A stretch of 64,000 nt of DNA from assembly GCA_951406725.2 (NCBI GenBank), contig OX597814.1, positions 150,660,001-150,724,000 on the forward strand. The letters are read 5' to 3'. This DNA is from Octopus vulgaris. Its lineage: Eukaryota. The number at the start of each line of letters is the position of its first letter. The first letter of the stretch is position 1. Positions 54,754 to 64,000 of this stretch are shown one piece after another. Below the pieces are notes generated by a model that saw only the letters and a list, made by a program, of their open reading frames with translations, was not told the DNA's origin and did not search any database. The translations under genes and the position numbers were made by a program.

Positions 54754-55335
54754 AAGGGAGCAAGCTGGCAGAAACGTTAGCACGCCGGGCGAAATGCTTA
54801 GCGGTATTTCGTCTGACGCTACGTTCTGAGTTTAAATTCCGCCGAGGTCAGCTTTACCTTTCATCCTTTTGGGGTCAATAAATTAAGTACCAGTTACACA
54901 CTGGGGTCGATATAATCGACTTAATCCTTTTGTCTGTCCTTGTTTGTCCTCACTGTGTTTAGCCCCTTGTGGGTAGTAAAGAAATAGGTATTTCGTCTGC
55001 CGTTACGTTCTGAGTTCAAATTACGCCGAGGTTGACTTTGCCTTTCAACCTTTCGGGGTTGATAAATTAAGTACCAGTTACGCACTGGGGTCGATATAAT
55101 CGACTTAATCCGTTTGTCTGTCCTTGTTTGTTCCCTCTGTGTTTAGTCCCTTGTGAGTAGTAAAGAAATAGGTATTTCGTCTGTATTTACGTTCTCAGTT
55201 CAAATTCCGCCGAGGTCGACTTTGCTTTACATCCTTTCGAGGTCGATAAATTAAGTATCAGATGCGTACTAGGATCGATCTAATCGACTGTCCCCCTCCC
55301 CCAAAATTTCGGGCCTTGTGCCTAGAGTAGAAAAG
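54754..55335 (+). mobile_element. Trimeric SINE family B (184-bp internal unit) with 17-bp TSD
   Basis: GGTATTTCGTCTG recurs at 54803, 54987 and 55171; AATATTGATAC(C/T)GTTCT at 54737-54753 and 55336-55352. Confidence 0.92.
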
Positions 55336-56746
55336 AATATTGATACTGTTCTCTGGGCTGCACAGGCTTTCGCTGTATTCAACCAGTTTTCCCATTTAAT
55401 TCTCATTACGCTAGGTACGTTCGGCACGGGACTCCAGAACTTCAGAAAGTCAGTCACAACTATCAGATTGTTATTTTCTCTTTTGAAATCTTGGTTAATC
55501 CAATTGCTTTTGGTTCTGTTTTTTAAAAGCTGCTGCCTGAGTGGTATTCGTAACTGATCCTCCAAGACTGTAGACTGGTCTTAAGACTCTGCCCTCCTGA
55601 GACAGAACATATTAGTATCGCTGTTGTGAAAGCTTCTAATCGATAACAGGTCTCGTGGTTTTTAATTATTAGAGCAGATTTCCTCTGTAACACATATTTC
55701 AAATGATGATGCCAGTATTCTACTGTAAATGCGTTGTAATATGAAACCATTGCATGACATATACATTACAACTTAATTTAATAAATTTGGCCAAAATTCT
55801 TTTATTTCAAAATTCTTTATTTAACACATTTCTGTCACTTTCTATGTCAGTGTTTTGCATCTGTAAACTAAGTGCGTTGGTGCACAACAAGGGATATACA
55901 TGTGCGTGGTGAACAAAACTACAAGGCTTTAGTAAACCTACATTAATGTTTAATATTCGTGAAATCGAATCAATCTTATTTTCTTTATACCTAAGTATCG
56001 TTAATAAACAAAATCAGCAATAGTTCCCTGGTTATTTTCTAAATTTTCAACATTAAAAAGGTTTATTTTACAACTTCCTACATGAAATTATCCAGCGTTT
56101 ATTTATTTGAACTATAATGTTCCTTAATGTCAAAAGTTTTCAGAAGCACTGATCTAAGTATTTTCAAATTTCATGGTACAGAACAGGGTAAGTATAAAGA
56201 ACATTAGTATTTGAATTTGGGAAAGAAGTTTTCTCTTCTTCTACTATCAAGCATAACGTTCTCTTTAGGCCACATAGCACCATAATTTCAGCTGAAGATG
56301 TCACGGAATACAGCTGTTTTTCAGCATTTCTAAAATTACCAATCTTGATGTTTAGAGGGTTAACAAGAAAATTGGGTTACTTTAGTTTACTTACAGTTGT
56401 AGACCCAAAAATATGGCAAATTGATTTTCGTTTACAAAATAATAGGAAAATTAACAGTAGCAGTGAAAGATTGTATCTTTGGAATAATACTCTCAAAAGA
56501 TTTATAACATGAGAAGAAATGTTTTATTTTCCATATTAAATTACAATTGCTTGCCCGTACTATAGACTTGCGTAATGCACAGTGTGAACTTTGCTTAGTA
56601 ACTTAGCTATGCAGATCTAAATTACTAAAGCACTTGTGACGAGAGATTTCCTATTTTGTTTGAATACATAAACAAAAATACCACCGCAAACGCGCGCGAA
56701 CAAGACACACATATGTACTTATATCTATGTATTTATATACACAGAA

Positions 56747-56789
<43 letters not shown>

Positions 56790-56798
56790 TATAGATAT

Positions 56799-56829
<31 letters not shown>

Positions 56830-57018
56830 TATGAATAAGAGGAAAAGGATCTCATCAACTTTAAACGGAGTATATATATTATATATACATGTATATATAT
56901 ATACATGTATATATATATATATATATATACATGTATATATATATATACATGTATATATATATATATACATGTATATATATATATATACATGTATATATAT
57001 ATATACATGTATATATAT

Positions 57019-57067
<49 letters not shown>

Positions 57068-57100
57068 TAGATATATATAAACTTAGATATATATACTCTC

Positions 57101-57464
57101 TCTTTACTCTTTACTCTTTTACTTGTTTCAGTCATTTGACTGCGGCCATGCTGGAGCACCACCTTTTAGTACTTATTCTATCGGTCTCTTTTTGCCGAAC
57201 CGCTAAGTGACGGGGACCTAAACACACCAGCATCGGTTGTCAAGCAATGCAAGGGGGACACACACAAACACACAAACACACGCATACATATATATATACA
57301 TATATACGACAGGCTTCTTTCAGTTGCCGTCTACCAAATCCACTCACAAGGCATTGGTCGGCCCGGGGCTATAGCAGAAGACACTTGCCCAAGATGCCAC
57401 GCAGTGGGACTGAACCCGCAACCGTGTGGTTGGTTAGCAAGCTACTTACCACACAGCCACTCCT
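57101..57464 (-). mobile_element. SINE family A, young copy with internal deletion
   Basis: Reverse complement nearly identical to 42314-42734. Confidence 0.92.
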
Positions 57465-57488
57465 ATACATGTATATATATATATATAC

Positions 57489-57752
<264 letters not shown>

Positions 57753-57849
57753 CGGGAAGCTTTATGAAAATAAACAAAAGACGAAGGCAGGTGGAAAACA
57801 AACGAACAATTGTATTAGTATGGCGCTCAGGAAATATAAATAAAACAAG

Positions 57850-57887
57850 TCTTTAACGTTTCGGGCCTACGCTCTTCAACAGAAAGA
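57850..57887 (-). ncRNA. Minimal hammerhead ribozyme variant
   Basis: TCTTT-CTGTTGA-A-GAGC-GTAG-GCCC-GAAA-CG-TT-AAAGA: stem I TCTTT/AAAGA, palindromic AACGTT stem III, core CUGUUGA. Confidence 0.7.
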
Positions 57888-58119
57888 TACACAGAGAGAG
57901 AAAAACACAGAAAGAAGGAGAGAAAAAAATGCGTGCAGTAGCTAACGAATCAACATGGCGATCTGATTTCGGCCAGAGGTCAAAGATCAAACATGAGACG
58001 CGAGAGCGAAATAAGGGGAGATAATAGGGTTGATAAAAGGGTTGAGGGACCAGCTAAAAGTGCGTGGGAGGGGTCTGGATGTGTGTATGTATAGGGTTGG
58101 TGTATGTATTAGTATGTAT

Positions 58120-58154
<35 letters not shown>

Positions 58155-58724
58155 AGAGAGTATTAGTGCGTAGGATTGGTCTGGACGTGCGTATGTATGG
58201 GGTTGGTGTATGTATTAGTATGTATTAGTATGTATTAGTACGTATTGGTATGTATAGGTGTGTGTGTGTGTGTGAGAGAGAGTATAAGTGCGTATGCGGG
58301 GTCTGGACGTATGTATGTATAGGGTTGGTGTAAGTATTAGTATGTACTAGTATGTATTAGTACGTATTAGTATGTATTAGTTGGTGTGTGTATTAGTATG
58401 GCACATCATATGTGATGTGATGTGTAAAGTCATGTGGTGTAGTGAGGAGAAGAGGGGGAGGGGGAGAGAAGGGGGAAGAAGGGGGGGAAGAAGAGGGGGA
58501 GGAGAAGGGGAAGAGGAGAGGATGGGGGAGAAGGAAGGGGAGGAGGGGGATGAAGGAGGAAAGAGGGAGAGGGGGAGAGAGAAGGGGAGTGAGGGAGCAG
58601 AGGGAAGGGGAAGAGGGAGGGAGAAAGAGGGAAGAAGGGAAGGGGAGTAGGGGTGAAAGGATGAAGGACTGAAGAAGTAGGGGTCGGAGGGAGAAAGGAT
58701 AGGTGAGGAGGGGGGAGAGGGGGG

Positions 58725-60200
58725 TTATATGAGGAGGGGGGAGAGTTGAGACCAAATGGCGTATAAGAGCGAAGAGAGAAGATTAATTCCTGTTCACGGC
58801 GCAAACGGGAATCCGGATGGCCTCTGTGTAAGGACAAACCGAACACAGATAGGTGTTGCAAGGAGTGACCGGTGGAGCGGAAATGGCGTGAGACCGGTGT
58901 GTCGTTCGCAAGGTGGATGTCACGAAGGTGTTCCGCGAACCGGTCAGCCAAGCGGCGTCCCGTTTGTCCGATGTACAAGGAATTGCAGAGAGAGCAAGAG
59001 ATGCAATAGATAATATTGCTGGAGGTGCAGGTGAAGGAGTGGATGATGGGATAGGGTCGATGGTGGGTGCTAGTGAGGCGGGTGGTGTTGGAGAGGTAAG
59101 GGCAAGTGCGGCAACGTGGGCGGGAGCAGGGGAACGAGCCGGGTTGGGAGGTAGGGTCAGGGAAGGAGCTATGGACCAAAAGGTCTCGAAGGTTGTGGGC
59201 TCGTTTGAAAGAGGGGATGGGTCGGTTAGGGAAGAGGTGTGAAGTGGACGGGTCGGACTGGAGATGACGGAAAGCTCGAAGAATGGTGCGTTGGAGACGT
59301 AGGGTCGTGGGGTGGTAAGTGAGGGGAAAAGGGAGGCGGGAGACTACAGGGCGGGTTCGGGGAGAGAGAGCAGATACACGGTCCACGGACCGTGCTCTGG
59401 CAAGGGCGGTGTGGATAGTGGTGAGGGGGTATCCACATAGGGTGAAGTGGTGAGCCATACGTTGAGACTGAGTCTCAAAGTCATGGTCGTCACTACAGAG
59501 CCTACGTAGACGGAGGAATTGGGAATAGGGGATGGAAAGCTTGGTGTGTTCTGGGTGGGAGGAAGAGAAGTTGAGGTATGAGTGTGAGTCTGTGTGTTTG
59601 TAGTGAATGGAGGTGGTAAGAATGGAGTGAAGAATGCTAACCGAAATGTCGAGGAAGGAGACAGAGGTGTTGGAGATAGTGGAAGTGAAGTGGAGGGCTG
59701 GATGGAAAGATTGGACGAAAGAGAGGAAGGAATCTAGATGTTCGCGGGAGAGTGAGGTGGCACCGATAATGTCGTCAATATAACGACCATATAGTTCAGG
59801 AGTGGGACCAGTGAAATTAGAGAATATTTGGGCCTCAACATAGCCAACGAACAGGTTCGCATAGTTGGGGCCCATTCGCGTTCCCATGGCCACTCCCGAG
59901 ACCTGATGGTAGAACTCGCCCGCAAACGAGAAGCAGTTCAGAGTAAGGACAAGTTCGGCCAGACGAATGAGTGTGGAGGTGTCAGGTACAGGGTTAGAGC
60001 GGAGGTCAAGAAAGTGTCGAAGGGCCTGCAGTCCTTCGTGGTGAGGGATAACAGTATAGAGGCTTTGGATGTCCATAGTAAAAAGGATTTTGGAGGAGCC
60101 GGGAGGAAAGGAGAAAGAGTTGAAAAGCCGGAGAGCTTGGTTGGTATCGTGGATGTGGGAGGGAAGAGATGCCACTAGGGGGGCAAGGACACGGTCGAGG
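58725..60200 (-). pseudogene. PLE RT + Cys linker + GIY-YIG, lacking N-terminus (the ORF-track ATG comes from microsatellite)
   Basis: [79 protein letters not shown]. Confidence 0.93.
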
Positions 60201-60207
60201 TATATAT

Positions 60208-60251
<44 letters not shown>

Positions 60252-60263
60252 ATATATATATAT

Positions 60264-60320
<57 letters not shown>

Positions 60321-60324
<4 letters not shown>

Positions 60325-60600
60325 ATATTTCGGAATGGTCATATTGCCAGTTTAGCCAATAAAAACACACGCACTATATATTTGGTGTTATTTTGCTTCA
60401 GTGATATTTATTTTTTACATTAATCTTAATCTTAATCTTAATTAATGTAAAAAATAAATATCACTGAAGCAAAATAACACCAAATATATAGTGCGTGTGT
60501 TTTTATTGGCTAAACTGGCAATATGACCATTCCGAAATATAACAATATCTGTTTCAACACACGACTTCACATAAAAAATCTTGCACAACAAATATTTAAA
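60321..60600. repeat. Perfect 104-bp inverted repeat (PLE-tail fold-back) between (TA)n arrays
   Basis: Arms 60321-60424 and 60441-60544 are exact reverse complements by eye; 16-nt spacer CTTAATCTTAATCTTA; arm sequence is homologous to 44138-44230. Confidence 0.93.
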
Positions 60601-60601
60601 C

Positions 60602-60663
<62 letters not shown>

Positions 60664-60668
<5 letters not shown>

Positions 60669-61446
60669 GTTCTTGACTGAAGATTAGAGGCTTCGAATGA
60701 CCCGTCCGTTTTTTGTATCGTCTATTTGTATGTTTTGCGTTCTTGTCCTATTTTATATTTTTATATATATTTTTATACATATATTATTGCGAGGTACGTA
60801 CACCTTGTTCCCTTATGTATGTAAGCATTCCACTAAACTTTGTATGACTTCTACACACACTTTCTCTGTACTCCACTTGTCTCTGTCTTTCTCTTTTCTC
60901 GCCTCTTTGATTCTTTGGTCTCCTCTTTCCCCAGTCTCTCACATTTTTCTGCCTTTCTTACTCTGCACTTCACTGACCCTGCCTTTCTTTTGTCCCGCCA
61001 ATCCTTAGCACGCTCTCTTTCTTCTTCTCTCCTTAATTCCTTCTTTCTCTCTCTTCTCGCCTTCCTTAATACTTTTGTCCCTCTTTTTTTCTCTCTCTTC
61101 TCCCTCTCTTTAATCCCTTTACCCCTTTTTTCTCTCTGTTCTCTTCTCACGTGACCGCCGTATTACTTTTTATTTTTTGTATTTATATTCGTGTATTTAT
61201 ATTCCGTTTTTCTGTCCTTGTTTCGTATACATTCGATCCTTTTTCCAAGAAATCTAATGCTCGTAGCTTAGTTTTTCCTTGGGGCCGGCCAGATCGGAGC
61301 AATTTCAAGATTAATCAGCCGAAATTGCAAGGATGATCCGGTTCTTGGCTGAAGATTAAAGGCTTCGAATGACCCGTCCGTTTTTTGTATCGTCTATTTG
61401 TATGTTTTGCGTTCTTGTCCCATTTTGTATTTTTATATATATTTTG

Positions 61447-61453
<7 letters not shown>
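60664..61453 (+). mobile_element. Non-coding partial-tandem element (672-nt unit, about 120-bp terminal direct repeats), PLE/retrozyme-like
   Basis: ATCCGGTTCTTGRCTGAAGATTARAGGCTTCGAATGACCCGTCCG... at 60664 and 61336; CT-rich body; (TA)n both sides; no credible ORF. Confidence 0.75.
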
Positions 61454-61545
<92 letters not shown>

Positions 61546-62786
61546 TAAGGTTTCATGGGCTTATCTCACTGCATGGCCTTAGTTAATGATCGGAACATGC
61601 AAAAAATAAATTATCTAGTTAATTGTACTTATCTGCTTTCACACCAGCAGACAAACCCTTGATAGCAGGGGTGTGTTCATGAGTAGAAGTCTCATGATCT
61701 CCGTACATCATGTCGCGTGATCTCCGAATATCATGTCTCGTGAGGTGATGAATCTTCATTCGTAAAGTTCCAGCCCAGGTTGTGGGGCTTGACAAGTTTT
61801 GTATTATTATTTATAGATGACCAGCAGTTACTTCCCTGTCTACGGTATTGAAGGTATGAAAGAGAAAGGCAAAGACACGTACATCTTTGATACTGATATC
61901 GTCGAGGGCGTTGTGCCAACTGGCGTAAACTCCCGAACAAATAATACTGTAGAACATTCTGTCAGACTTTCTAAAAATTCCTTAATTCACCGCCATGCAC
62001 TGACCCTTTATTTATTGAAACTGAAACCGATTAAAGGGAAAGTAGGCGACCGTGAGATCTGAAGTCATTTGGTGACCATAAGATTTGATATTAGAATGAC
62101 TTCGATCTGACGGAACAAAACAAGGCAATGCATTCTATTTGATGCTATAACAACTCTACCACCACAATGAATTTAAAGGTATTTTTTATTTATTATTTCC
62201 ATATGTATAAAAGAAATATTTGACAGTATATAAAATGGAAGTATTCAAGGCTACTTTTATCATCACGATATATATCTTAACATTTAACTGTACTTTAATA
62301 TTCACTCAGTAATGGTATGCTCCCTAAGCAAACATGTTCTACAAAATATTACAGAAGAGAACTGAAACCATTAAATTTGATGTTGACAGGATACAAATAA
62401 ACAATTACGTATCTCCGGTGCCTTACCGAAAGTTATTTTTGTCAGAATTTTATTGTACATGAGGTATTTCGATAAACACTTTCATTAAGATCAGCACTTC
62501 TAATTAAAGTATAAGTAGTTTTCACAGTAAGTAAACATTTTATTATAAAAGGAACGTGAAATTTGTTAGGAAATATTTTAGGTGTGCTCTATTATTTAGC
62601 ATCTGTCACCAGCATAGACTGGAAATTAGCTGGATCAACTTAACCCGTCAAAACGATTACACAGTTGTCTGAGCCAGTACGAATTGAAACATTTAATTCA
62701 GATAAACATAAAGCAACTAGAAGCACCTATTTCACAACAACTGTCAACGACTCTAAAAAGGGGAAAATTTGATGACAATAAGTTAG

Positions 62787-62822
<36 letters not shown>

Positions 62823-63169
62823 GTTCATATGTGCGTGTGTTCATATGTGCGTGTTTGTGTGTGTGTAACTATATGTAAAAACCACTTCGATACAGAAATC
62901 CTTGCCCTGAGCGACAACCAGACAAATTCGAGGTCTTTTATCATGTTGCTTCAAATGTAATTGCTCCGATGACCTTAATGAAGCTGTTGTCCATTTATTG
63001 GTGACTCCAGTTTCCATAGGTTACTGGAAACATGTAGCATTAGACCTTAGTTATTAATGATACATAACAAAAGGCCACTAGCACAATAGAGTAAGCTGAA
63101 TCTTAATTCGTGTTTCCTTCATAACAAATTCTAAACGTAATTCTTATTTGCCACAAAATAGTCTGCTGT

Positions 63170-63430
63170 CATTCTACAGCACCACCTTGAATTTTTAGTC
63201 CAATGACCCCAGTGCTTCTTTTTTTACTTATTTCATCGGTATGTCTTGCCGAACAACTAGGCTATGAGAACGCAAACACACCATTGCCGGTTGTCAAGAG
63301 GATGTGGTGAGACAAACACACACAAAAAAAGACTTGCACACATAGATAGATATGTATGTACATAGATGGGACTGAACGCGGGACCATGTAGTTGGGAAGC
63401 AAGCTTGCTCCCACACACCCATGCCTGCGC
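63170..63430 (-). mobile_element. SINE family A (diverged, internally deleted)
   Basis: Reverse complement of family-A head and tail motifs. Confidence 0.75.
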
Positions 63431-63684
63431 TTATACATGTGTGTGTGCGCGTGCGTGTATGTACGCCTTTGTATTTGTCCCCACCCACCAACACCAACAC
63501 CACTAATGTTGGACATATGATGTGGGTCATTTTATATCCCAGAAGCTTAGCAGTTCGACATCTACAACCGATAGACTATGAACCAGATTTAAAAAAAAAT
63601 TAATTTTAGACAGTATGCTTTCTTTAATATTTAATATAACCCTCTGCAATTTTCTCTTCACATTAACCGTCTTAATCTTTTCTT

Positions 63685-63880
63685 TTTTGCTTGTTCCAGT
63701 TCATTAGTTTCCGGCCAAGCCGGGACACTTAAGGATTTTGGGATGAACGAATTGATCCCAGTACCTTTTTTAAGCATCTCACTTGTTTTATTCTTTTAGC
63801 GAACCGACAAGATACGGGGACGTAAATACGCCAGCACCGATTGTCAAGCAGTGATGAGGGACAAACACAGAAACGCACGC
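63685..63880 (-). mobile_element. SINE family A 3' half
   Basis: GGGGACGTAAATACGCCAGCACCGATTGTCAAGC..GGACAAACACAG. Confidence 0.78.
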
Positions 63881-63884
63881 GCAG

Positions 63885-63979
<95 letters not shown>

Positions 63980-64000
63980 TACACATATATATATATATAT

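Noticed and set aside
55269-55750. 98-aa and 75-aa minus-strand ORFs
   Set aside because: Partly overlap a SINE and have no recognisable motif.
61330-61380. SECIS-like ATGA..AA..GA pattern
   Set aside because: Stem pairing is poor and there is no in-frame TGA-containing ORF; the PLEs here have C-terminal endonucleases, not the Naiad layout.
61817-62062. 81-aa ORF after a possible splice acceptor
   Set aside because: No identifiable homology; the 3' part runs into SINE-like sequence.

Overview
AT-rich, microsatellite-saturated eukaryotic DNA with no host gene exon I can support. The tRNA-derived SINE families and (TA)n/(CA)n load look like an Octopus (cephalopod) genome, which is an inference. 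The window is a transposon landscape dominated by Penelope-like elements (PLEs). The centrepiece is a very young partial-tandem Neptune-type PLE (27459-33309, minus strand). It has an unusual two-ORF layout: a 430-aa coiled-coil/basic ORF1 overlaps an ATG-less RT + GIY-YIG ORF2 in the -1 frame at a U-UUU-UUU heptamer. The unit is bracketed by two minimal hammerhead ribozymes 4271 nt apart. A second Neptune family appears as a 5'-truncated copy and older relics. At least six short 'tail-out' fold-back insertions made of PLE 3' ends, most carrying hammerhead motifs, sit in (TA)n arrays. There is also a 672-nt non-coding retrozyme-like tandem unit with an unexplained structured motif. Other elements: a Helitron, a DD37D (maT) transposon relic, a solo LTR, a MITE, RTE/CR1 LINE relics and many SINEs.
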